Positions 18,765-26,181 of a DNA stretch of 49,373 nt are shown piece by piece. Positions within the stretch are counted from its first letter, which is position 1. Each line of letters begins with the position of its first letter. Source of the DNA: Candidatus Roizmanbacteria bacterium. GTDB taxonomy: Bacteria > Patescibacteriota > Microgenomatia > UBA1406 > GWC2-37-13. The position numbers were made by a program, and so were the translations under genes. The stretch spans positions 1-49,373 of the forward strand of contig JBAXPW010000001.1 of the NCBI GenBank assembly GCA_037132015.1, written 5' to 3'. The notes under the pieces were generated by a model. That model made no database searches. It was not told the origin of the DNA and saw only the letters and a list, made by a program, of their open reading frames with translations.

Positions 18765-18805
18765 ACTTCGCTTGAAAGAGTTAAACTAAACAAATACAAT
18801 AAGCG

Positions 18806-19672
18806 ATGACTTGGATTACATTTGCATTCATAGCTCTATTTAGTTTTGGTATTCAAAAATTTCTCTTCAAAGTATCTGCAGAAAGAAATTATTCCTCAAA
18901 ACGTATCACGCTTTATTTTATGGCTACAGTTACTTGTATAGCTCTAATAGTACAACTCATTTTTTTTCGATCTGATTCGATGGTTCATTTATTAGTAGTC
19001 TTTGGTGCAGGAATTAACGGTATAGCATTTTTGTTACTTTCCTTGACTCGTCTCAAGGCTCTAAAGCTTGCACCATCATTAGTGGTTATGCCACTCTTTG
19101 AGTTGTCAAATATCCTTATGTTACCTCTTTCTATTTTGTTGTTTCACGATTCTATCTCTGGAATTCAATATATTGGAATTATTCTTGGAACATTTGCAGG
19201 ACTATTATTACTAAAAAAGCAAGATGCAGAGCATTCCAAATACCCCCATTTTATAATAGGAGTCCTTTTTGCATGTGGTGCAATGGTTTGTGCGTTATTT
19301 TTAGGATTGACTTCAAAATATATTGCAATTTCTGACGTTAATAAAGTTACGTTTATCTTGATCTCATATGGAATAAATACATTAATTTTACTTATACAGA
19401 CAGGAAGTTCGTATGTTAGGAAAAAGGAAACAATTTGTATTAATTATGAAGAAATACGACTTGGCATAGGCATAGGGATATTTAATTTTATAGCATTTTT
19501 CTCGCATATTTATGCATTACAAACCCAGTCGATACCTGTTGTAGGAGTAATTGTATCTTGTTCGACAGTTGTTGCACTCGGGCTATCTATATATTTCTAT
19601 AAAGAAAAATTGACTGTCCAACGAATACTAGGTATCATAATGGCGTTCATTGCAGTATTGTTATTAAAATAA
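18806..19672 (+). CDS. EamA/DMT-family transporter
   Basis: About 10 TM helices arranged as two homologous halves, which is typical of DMT permeases. Confidence 0.65.
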   Translation: MTWITFAFIALFSFGIQKFLFKVSAERNYSSKRITLYFMATVTCIALIVQLIFFRSDSMVHLLVVFGAGINGIAFLLLSLTRLKALKLAPSLVVMPLFELSNILMLPLSILLFHDSISGIQYIGIILGTFAGLLLLKKQDAEHSKYPHFIIGVLFACGAMVCALFLGLTSKYIAISDVNKVTFILISYGINTLILLIQTGSSYVRKKETICINYEEIRLGIGIGIFNFIAFFSHIYALQTQSIPVVGVIVSCSTVVALGLSIYFYKEKLTVQRILGIIMAFIAVLLLK

Positions 19673-19684
19673 TAGTTTATTAAT

Positions 19685-20629
19685 ATGAAAAAATATATTC
19701 ATGCGCTTATAACTGGTTCTATTGCATTTGATGAAATTATGGATTTTAATGCTCCATTTCAAGATTATTTTCATCCCGAACAACTTCATCAAATAAATGT
19801 CTCATTTGTTGTTGATAACTTAAAAAAACAAATAGGAGGTACTGCAACAAATATTGCATATAGCCTCTCTTTACTTAAATGTAATAATTTTCATATATTA
19901 GGAAGTGTGGGAAAAGATGGGAACGATATTGTGCATTTTTTCAAAAAAATGAAAATGAATGTTGATGGAATTTATATTGACAAAGAGTTATACACCGCTA
20001 CAGGACGAGTTATAACCGATATTAATGATAATCAAATATGGGGATTTTATTATGGAGCTGGAGCAAAATCATCTATGATTGATCCAACAAAATTTATAAA
20101 AAATAACTCTCTTTTTATGATTTCACCCAATCATGAGAATGGATTTTTACATTTTTTGAGATATGCTATTGAACATAACGTTGATTACATCTTTGATCCC
20201 GGGTTTACACTTACGTGGATTAGTGATCATGATCTTCGTGATGGTGTCGCACATGCAACTTATTTGATAGGTAACGATTATGAGATTGCACTAATTTGTC
20301 GGAGACTAAACACAACCGTTGAAGAATATCTCAAAAAAGGCACCATCGTTATCACTACATTGGGGGATAGGGGAGTAACATACGAAGATTCAGGAAAAAA
20401 AATTACTGTTGAATCATATCCTGTTGATAAACCAATAGATCCTACTGGAGCAGGGGATGCGTGGCGGGGCGGATTTATGTATGGACTATTAAATGATTAT
20501 AATATTCATGATTCTTTAATTCTTGGGAATGTGATGGCAAGTTATTCTGTGGAGTCATATGGTACCGTGAATCACACACCACAAAAAAAGGATATAAATA
20601 AACGTATTAAACTATTGAAAAATAGATAG
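19685..20629 (+). CDS. PfkB-family carbohydrate/nucleoside kinase (adenosine-kinase-like)
   Basis: N-terminal GG motif (IGGTATNIA) and the C-terminal PfkB signature DPTGAGDAWRGGF. Confidence 0.85.
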   Translation: MKKYIHALITGSIAFDEIMDFNAPFQDYFHPEQLHQINVSFVVDNLKKQIGGTATNIAYSLSLLKCNNFHILGSVGKDGNDIVHFFKKMKMNVDGIYIDKELYTATGRVITDINDNQIWGFYYGAGAKSSMIDPTKFIKNNSLFMISPNHENGFLHFLRYAIEHNVDYIFDPGFTLTWISDHDLRDGVAHATYLIGNDYEIALICRRLNTTVEEYLKKGTIVITTLGDRGVTYEDSGKKITVESYPVDKPIDPTGAGDAWRGGFMYGLLNDYNIHDSLILGNVMASYSVESYGTVNHTPQKKDINKRIKLLKNR

Positions 20630-20699
20630 GAATTTTGTATTTTGTGCTGTAATATGTATATATAATAATTTAAAAAGTTACTATTTCAATTATGGTCGT

Positions 20700-21959
20700 A
20701 TGAAAAAACAATATGATATCAAAGATATAAATTTAGCAACAGAAGGTGAAAAATTGATTCAATGGGCATGGCGTGATATGCCAGTTCTTCAAATAATAAA
20801 AAAACGTTTTGAAAAAGAACAGACACTAAAAGGCGCAAAAATGGGCGCTTGTCTTCACGTTACTTCAGAAACTGCAAACTTGGCAATAACTCTCAAAGCG
20901 GCAGGAGCTGATGTGTTTCTTTGCGCTAGTAATCCACTCTCAACAAATGACGCTGTAGCATCAGCTCTAGTTAAAAATCACGGCATCGCTGTATATGCAA
21001 TAAAAGGTGAAGATAACGAAACTTATTATAAACATTTACATGCAATTCTTGATGTCAAACCTACTCTTACAATGGACGACGGAGCAGATATCGTGAGTCT
21101 TTTACACACGACCTATGCTTCTCAGGCTGGTGAAGTAGTAGGATCAACGGAAGAGACCACAACTGGTGTGATTCGACTTCGAGCTCTTGAGAAGGATGGT
21201 AAATTAAAAATTCCAGTTCTTGCTGTAAATGACAATTTGACAAAACACTTATTTGATAATAGATACGGTACGGGACAATCGACAATTGATGGAATTATTC
21301 GCGCTACAAATATTTTATTAGCAGGAAAAACATTTGTTGTGTGTGGATATGGATGGTGTGGAAGGGGAGTAGCAATGCGTGCACGAGGTATGGGTTCACG
21401 AGTTATTGTCTGTGAAATTGACTATATAAAAGCTCTTGAAGCAAAAATGGATGGATATGAGGTAATGCCTCTCATTGATGCTATAAAAGAAGCTGATGTT
21501 GTGTTATCAACAACAGGAAATAAGTATGTTGTTGATGAAAAACATCTTAAAGTGGCAAAAAATCATGTTATTTTGGCACAATCAGGTCACTTTGATGTTG
21601 AAATAAACAAGGCATATCTTAAAGAGAGTGCAGAAAAAATTGAATCAGTTCGTCCATTTGTTGATGCATATTCAATCAAAGGGAAAACCATCTACTTGTT
21701 AGCAGATGGTAGATTGGTTAATCTTGCTGCTGCTGATGGACATCCTGCATCCGTGATGGATATGAGTTTTGCAGGGCAAGCACTGTCAGCAGAATATATG
21801 TGGAAAAATCATAAAACACTTGAGAAAAAAGTCCATACATTACCAACTAAACTTGATGAAGAGATTGCACGACTCAAACTAGAAGCTGAAGGAGTGAAAA
21901 TAGACGCTCTCACAGCAGTTCAAAAAAAGTATCTTTCATCATGGGAAGAGGGGACGTAA
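20700..21959 (+). CDS. ahcY: Adenosylhomocysteinase (SAH hydrolase)
   Basis: Strong family resemblance along the whole length (LAxEGxxxIxWAxxxMPVL, HVTxETANL, TTTGV, NAD-binding GYGWCGRG, GHFDVEI). Confidence 0.95.
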   Translation: MKKQYDIKDINLATEGEKLIQWAWRDMPVLQIIKKRFEKEQTLKGAKMGACLHVTSETANLAITLKAAGADVFLCASNPLSTNDAVASALVKNHGIAVYAIKGEDNETYYKHLHAILDVKPTLTMDDGADIVSLLHTTYASQAGEVVGSTEETTTGVIRLRALEKDGKLKIPVLAVNDNLTKHLFDNRYGTGQSTIDGIIRATNILLAGKTFVVCGYGWCGRGVAMRARGMGSRVIVCEIDYIKALEAKMDGYEVMPLIDAIKEADVVLSTTGNKYVVDEKHLKVAKNHVILAQSGHFDVEINKAYLKESAEKIESVRPFVDAYSIKGKTIYLLADGRLVNLAAADGHPASVMDMSFAGQALSAEYMWKNHKTLEKKVHTLPTKLDEEIARLKLEAEGVKIDALTAVQKKYLSSWEEGT

Positions 21960-21966
21960 ACACACA

Positions 21967-22104
21967 TATAAAGTTATAAAGTTCGTAAAGGCGAAAGGGA
22001 AAAAGATAAGATACTGATGAAAGACTAAAGACTAAAAATTAAAGATTGAGGGAAAAAAGTTCATCAAGTTTATTAAGTTATAAAGTTAAACGTCAGAAGG
22101 AGTA
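21967..22104. repeat. Purine-rich array with roughly 7-bp periodicity, homologous to the 783-852 arm
   Basis: 22016-22047 (GATGAAAGACTAAAGACTAAAAATTAAAGATT) matches 799-823 (GATGAAAGACTAAAAATTAAGGATT) at 24 of 25 positions, apart from one extra GACTAAA heptad. Confidence 0.8.
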
Positions 22105-22128
22105 TGTCATCCGAATCGGCAAGTCATC

Positions 22129-22167
22129 CCCGCCCTGAAATACCTTAAGGTAAACTCCGGCGGGTTT
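22129..22167 (+). terminator. GC-rich hairpin CCCGCC...GGCGGG followed by TTT; possible terminator of the ahcY transcript
   Basis: Stem 22129-22134 / 22159-22164 with an inner TACC-TTAA-GGTA helix, followed by TTT. A second hairpin (CATATGGAT/ATCCATGTG) lies at 22169-22194. Confidence 0.35.
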
Positions 22168-22224
22168 ACATATGGATACAAACAGATCCATGTGTTATAA
22201 AGTCGAAAAGTTTTATTACATCAT

Positions 22225-22401
22225 ATGATTATTCCGCTTATAATACTTGGAATATTTGTATTTTCGTTCCTTATGGCATGGAGATCGATGAGTGATTTTG
22301 GTGTACCAGAAGAGATCACAAAAATTATTCAAAAGAAAAAAATGAAAGGATCGATTATATTCTTTCGAGATAAAGTAAAACATTATACTAATAGAAGTTA
22401 G
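22225..22401 (+). CDS. Small single-TM protein (58 aa), hypothetical
   Basis: An ATG ORF below the track cutoff, read by hand (MIIPLIILGIFVFSFLMAWRSMSDFGVPEEITKIIQKKKMKGSIIFFRDKVKHYTNRS). Confidence 0.4.
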   Translation: MIIPLIILGIFVFSFLMAWRSMSDFGVPEEITKIIQKKKMKGSIIFFRDKVKHYTNRS

Positions 22402-22412
22402 ATCATTGTGTT

Positions 22413-23213
22413 CTATTCCTCATTTTCATCCTCTTCGGGAGGAATATTGACCAGCTCTTCTTTTTCACTCGAGTCAATTTCATTTGCTAGTTTTTCCCAT
22501 TCATCTTCGTCTTCAGTGGTGTCTTCTTCAGCGCCCTCAGGAATATCTTCTTGTCCCATTTTATCCAAATTTGTTTGAATATTTGAAGGAAATGATATGT
22601 AATGCGCGACTTTACGTCCTTTTGATTCCTCGCGTATAAATACTACAACTTTATTTACAATTGCTTCTTTAATAAAAACGCTATAAACACTTTTTGCTTT
22701 AAGAAAAAAAGTGAGACGTTTTGACAAATCATCAGGAAGACCTCCTATGTATTCGCCACCTCGAGTTCTAATTTCAAGACGTCTCTTTTTAAAATTAAGT
22801 AATACCTCTTGACCGCCTAAAAGATGCACAAGATGATCTTTTTGTCCCAAATTTACTAATGCAACTGTCTTGGTTTTTCCGGGGGTTTCAAGAAACGTAT
22901 CGGGATTTAATATTGATTTTTCAACAGTCATATTCTTAACACCTCTTTGCTCGAGTATAGCAAGACGGTCCAATTGGTCTAAAGCAACTTGATTGCCTGG
23001 TTGTATACGCAATGCTTTATTGTAATATTCGCGAGCCTCCTTAGTTTGTTTGGTTTGAAGATAAGCATATCCAAGTCTAAGAATCCCTCCAATATTTTTT
23101 TTATCAATTTCAAGTAATTTTAGGTTGAGCTCTACTGCCTTTTCCCAATTTGAGTTCATTGCTGAATCAACAGCTTGTTGTTCAAGTATTTCAATTTCTT
23201 CCATAGATATCAC
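22413..23213 (-). CDS. TPR-repeat protein with an acidic C-terminal tail
   Basis: TPR-like helices (WEKAVELNLKLLEIDKKN, AREYYNKALRIQPGN) and an Asp/Glu-rich C-terminus. Confidence 0.7.
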   Translation of the reverse strand: MISMEEIEILEQQAVDSAMNSNWEKAVELNLKLLEIDKKNIGGILRLGYAYLQTKQTKEAREYYNKALRIQPGNQVALDQLDRLAILEQRGVKNMTVEKSILNPDTFLETPGKTKTVALVNLGQKDHLVHLLGGQEVLLNFKKRRLEIRTRGGEYIGGLPDDLSKRLTFFLKAKSVYSVFIKEAIVNKVVVFIREESKGRKVAHYISFPSNIQTNLDKMGQEDIPEGAEEDTTEDEDEWEKLANEIDSSEKEELVNIPPEEDENEE

Positions 23214-23400
23214 GTATATTTATATTACTTATTTTTATATTAAAACCTACAAAATTATATATGATGAGTATATACTATTGTAAGCTGTTTTTGAAAAGTG
23301 TCAATGCTAAAAATAGTTTTGGGTACATGAAAGTATAGGTGATTTTATCTCAATGTCAAGCTATAATAATGCTAGGTTGTAGGTTGAGATTTATAAAAAT

Positions 23401-24123
23401 ATGTCTGGACATTCCAAGTGGGCAAAAATAAAACGTCAAAAGGGAGTAAATGATCAAGCAAGAGGGGTATTATTTGCCAAATTAGGTCGGATGATTACTT
23501 TAGCTGTAATTGAAGGAGGAGGCATTGATCCCAATCTTAATGTGCGATTGCGATTGGCGATTGAAAAGGCAAAGTCAGAGAATACACCAAAGGAAAATAT
23601 TGAACGTGCAATCGAGAAGGGTGGGGGAGCAGATCAATTAAAACTGAAGGAAGTACATTATGAAGCATTTGGTCCAGAGGGAGTAGCACTCTATATTACG
23701 GCCTCAACCGATAATAGTAATCGCACAAACGCTGAGATAAGAAATACGTTAGAACGTAATGGGGGAAAGGTAGGAGGGCAGGGTGCAACAGCATATTTAT
23801 TTACACAATTGGGTATGGTTACGGTTAGTAAGGAAGTTCATACGGAAGACGAAATATTTGAAATAGGTGATACGTTGAATGTTATTGATATTGATGAAGA
23901 TGAAACATCAATCACGATATTTTTCCCTTTTGAGATACTTGGAAAGGCAAAAGAACGTATAAGTAATAAGAAAACATCAATTCCTGAGCAGGTTTTTCGC
24001 TCATTAACGAGTGTTACAGTTTCTTCTTCTGAAATTGAGGAAAAAGTGATTCATCTTGTTTCAGCTCTTGAGGAATTAGATGATGTTCATGCTGTATATA
24101 CAAACATGGAGTTTATTAATTAA
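23401..24123 (+). CDS. yebC: YebC/PmpR-family transcriptional regulator
   Basis: Canonical N-terminus (MSGHSKWAKIKRQKG) and family-wide similarity. Confidence 0.95.
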   Translation: MSGHSKWAKIKRQKGVNDQARGVLFAKLGRMITLAVIEGGGIDPNLNVRLRLAIEKAKSENTPKENIERAIEKGGGADQLKLKEVHYEAFGPEGVALYITASTDNSNRTNAEIRNTLERNGGKVGGQGATAYLFTQLGMVTVSKEVHTEDEIFEIGDTLNVIDIDEDETSITIFFPFEILGKAKERISNKKTSIPEQVFRSLTSVTVSSSEIEEKVIHLVSALEELDDVHAVYTNMEFIN

Positions 24124-24134
24124 GATCAGAAATT

Positions 24135-24944
24135 GTGAATAAATTATTGCAAAAATTGTTTGTAAAATCGCTTTCGCGTATTGAAAAACGAATTCGAATT
24201 GTCATTAGTGCGTCATTACTTACGTTGATGATGTTTAGTTCTACTTTTGTTTTTTTTGATAATGGATGGTTTATTTTTATCCCACTATTTATAGTAGTTA
24301 CGTATATCTTGACTTTTTTTGCGGTATTGGAAGGAGTAAATAATATAGAATGGATCACACTTTTTATAGTACCTCTTTGTATTAGTATAGTATTTTATTG
24401 TCTATTTTTTCTATTTCCATCAAGATGGATAACTCGCATCCCATTTATTACGATGTACGGTCTTACTATTTATGCCACGTTACTTTGTTCAAACATATTT
24501 AATGTTGGAGTAGAGAAGAGTCTGCAATTATATCGAGCTGCATTTTCAGTAAATTATTTTATTCATGCATTCATATTGTTTTTAACTATAAATGTTCTTC
24601 TTTCTTTTAAATTTAATTTTATAATAAATGCAGTTTTAACTTATGGAATAATCTATACTATGGCGATTCAGTTGTTATGGACAGTAAAATTACGACCAAA
24701 TATAGAAAGAGTTACGCATTATTATGCAATTTTTATTGCATTGCTTGTAACGGAATTAATGGTGTTTCTTTCTTTTGTACCAATACAAACCTCAATATAT
24801 GCTCTTTTTATTGCAGCAATCTACTATAGTTTGGCTGGGCTCATTTTTAACTATTATGATCAACGATTATTTAAACAAACTATCCGTGAATATGTGTTTG
24901 TACTCATTTTTGTTTGCATAATTGTATTCTTAACATTGACCTAA
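24135..24944 (+). CDS. Hypothetical polytopic membrane protein
   Basis: 269-aa ORF with a GTG start and 7-8 hydrophobic segments. No recognisable family. Confidence 0.5.
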   Translation: MNKLLQKLFVKSLSRIEKRIRIVISASLLTLMMFSSTFVFFDNGWFIFIPLFIVVTYILTFFAVLEGVNNIEWITLFIVPLCISIVFYCLFFLFPSRWITRIPFITMYGLTIYATLLCSNIFNVGVEKSLQLYRAAFSVNYFIHAFILFLTINVLLSFKFNFIINAVLTYGIIYTMAIQLLWTVKLRPNIERVTHYYAIFIALLVTELMVFLSFVPIQTSIYALFIAAIYYSLAGLIFNYYDQRLFKQTIREYVFVLIFVCIIVFLTLT

Positions 24945-25136
24945 ATATTTTTTTAAGGCAGACGAAGGGGAATAGAGGAGTGGGGTATTTACGAACGTGA
25001 ATAATGTGTAATATTTTTTTAATATACGAACGTTAAATATCCTATAATACTGTAATTTAAGCTCAAATAGTGAATAATTAGCAACATAACATCATATCTG
25101 CTAACTCAGAACCCCTCTACTTGAGAGGGAGTATAA

Positions 25137-25145
25137 TGTGGATAA
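25137..25145 (-). promoter_or_regulatory. Perfect DnaA box (TGTGGATAA, reverse complement of TTATCCACA)
   Basis: 9 of 9 match to the consensus, read directly. Confidence 0.6.
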
Positions 25146-25254
25146 AGTTGCTAATTTAAGTTCAATTCTATTTAAATAGATTGACAGTACAATCTAATCA
25201 AACTATGTCAATTGATATAGTTTAATCTATCTGCAACCGTCATAGCACACAGAC

Positions 25255-25263
25255 TCTGGATAA
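25255..25263 (-). promoter_or_regulatory. DnaA-box-like 8/9 (TCTGGATAA)
   Basis: One mismatch to TGTGGATAA. Embedded in the hairpin CTCTGGA-TAAA-TCCAGAG (25254-25271). Confidence 0.4.
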
Positions 25264-25293
25264 ATCCAGAGCGACGAAAACTCGGAGACATTT

Positions 25294-25302
25294 TTATCCA
25301 AA
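25294..25302 (+). promoter_or_regulatory. DnaA-box-like 8/9 (TTATCCAAA)
   Basis: One mismatch to TTATCCACA. Confidence 0.4.
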
Positions 25303-25464
25303 ATCTCAATTTTTATAATATTTGGGAGAAGTGGTTTAACAGAAATAATTAATGTGTTTATTAGCCCGCATCACTTCTCTGGAAGTGTATATATAACAAG
25401 AATATCTCCAATATTTAAAAGATCATATTACCAGTATATTTTAGGTGGAGAAGCTAGATATATA

Positions 25465-25492
25465 ACGTCGTAAATTATATCTTTTACGACGT
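25465..25492. repeat. Perfect 10-8-10 palindrome ACGTCGTAAA-TTATATCT-TTTACGACGT, nested in an outer inverted repeat TAGGTG/CACCTA (25442-25447 / 25494-25499)
   Basis: Read directly; the arms are exact reverse complements. Confidence 0.9.
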
Positions 25493-25610
25493 ACACCTAG
25501 GTGAAGAGAGTGGTTGTGCTCAATTTAGTAATTATTCAATTTTGATAATTTTTATGATTTTGTTGGGAAATATTTGAACATATATTTGAATTTGTATACA
25601 AAATTTCTCC

Positions 25611-25684
25611 TATTCTCACAGTTGGTAGATAGTGGTGAGCTGTTGGTAAATAGATAAATTAGATCACATAAGACGTCGGTTAAT
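25611..25684. repeat. Unit 1 of a roughly 75-nt repeated module: TATTCTC, a G/T-rich heptad-phased interior, then TAAGACGTCGGTTAAT
   Basis: Shares the 7-nt start and the 16-nt end with unit 2. The interior reads AGTTGGT AGATAGT GGTGAGC TGTTGGT AAATAGA. Confidence 0.7.
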
Positions 25685-25715
25685 ATCTTGAACAAGCTAT
25701 TAGCTAGTAGTTGAC

Positions 25716-25777
25716 AGCTGGTTAGTTTATAGCTGTTTAGTTTATAGCTGTTTAGTTTATAGCTGTTTAGTTTATAG
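25716..25777. repeat. Tandem 15-bp repeat, about 4.1 copies (AGCTGGTTAGTTTAT, then AGCTGTTTAGTTTAT x3)
   Basis: Read directly; three identical copies plus one copy with a single mismatch. Confidence 0.95.
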
Positions 25778-25858
25778 ATTTTACGTTACAGGCAATAGTG
25801 AGTATGTGTCTTATATCATCTTTGAAACAATATGGTCTTAAATGGCGAATTACGACTA

Positions 25859-25933
25859 TATTCTCTGAACAAGTGCATAGTTGATAGTTGTTTAGTTTGT
25901 AGGTTATAATGATTGCGTAAGACGTCGGTTAAT
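25859..25933. repeat. Unit 2 of the roughly 75-nt module (TATTCTC ... TAGTTGA TAGTTGT TTAGTTT GTAGGTT ... TAAGACGTCGGTTAAT)
   Basis: The 16-mer at 25918-25933 is identical to 25669-25684. Unit length is 75 nt versus 74 nt for unit 1. Confidence 0.7.
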
Positions 25934-25993
25934 GTACTTATACTGTTTGTAGGTTGTAGATAGTAGTTAGTAGCTTAAAGAAGGGAAAATATC

Positions 25994-26071
25994 TAGTCTT
26001 TTATAATCATTGGTGATTCCCCTTTTGTATTGTCGCTCTTAAGAGTACGCCTGTATGAGACGTCGGTTAAT
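25994..26071. repeat. Unit 3 (more divergent), ending in AGACGTCGGTTAAT
   Basis: The 14-mer at 26058-26071 is identical to the cores of units 1 and 2. The start TAGTCTT resembles TATTCTC, and the interior differs. Confidence 0.5.
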
Positions 26072-26181
26072 GTTAATATTTTTGTAAAGTTTTTGGTTAT
26101 TATTTTGTAGTTGGTTGTTTATAATCTATGTTCTTGATGAATCTTATCTATCTTTATATATTATAACCCTCTCCCCTCTTT

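Larger units (their letters stand above)
24945..26181. other. 1.24-kb ORF-free, repeat- and hairpin-rich region between convergent genes (candidate ncRNA locus or DNA-level cis element)
   Basis: No ORF of 60 aa or more in any frame in the track. The longest ATG ORFs read by hand are about 25 codons. Contains the sub-features listed below. Confidence 0.8.

Noticed and set aside
20630-20699. An SAH riboswitch upstream of ahcY
   Set aside because: The 70-nt leader is almost pure A/T. It has none of the GC-rich pseudoknot-forming segments of SAH riboswitches.
24991-25035. An E. coli or Bacillus-type dif site around GAATAATGTGTAATATTTTTTTA
   Set aside because: The left arm and the TGTGTA centre look vaguely dif-like. 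The XerD arm matches TTATGTTAAAT at only about 5 of 11 positions.
25669-26071. Possible CRISPR array formed by the three TAAGACGTCGGTTAAT repeats
   Set aside because: There are only three copies of a 14-16-nt repeat. The spacing is irregular (249 and 139 bp), the sequences between repeats are themselves repetitive, and no cas genes are in the window.
24945-26181. A known housekeeping ncRNA (RNase P RNA, tmRNA, SRP RNA) hiding in the ORF-free region
   Set aside because: I found none of the expected motifs on either strand. These are the RNase P P4 motifs (GAGGAAAGTCC / ACAGAA..GGCTTA), a tmRNA tRNA-like 5' GGGG...TTCGAC with a 3' T-arm/ACCA end, and the SRP GGAA/AGCA motif. This was only an eye scan, and a covariance-model search is still needed.
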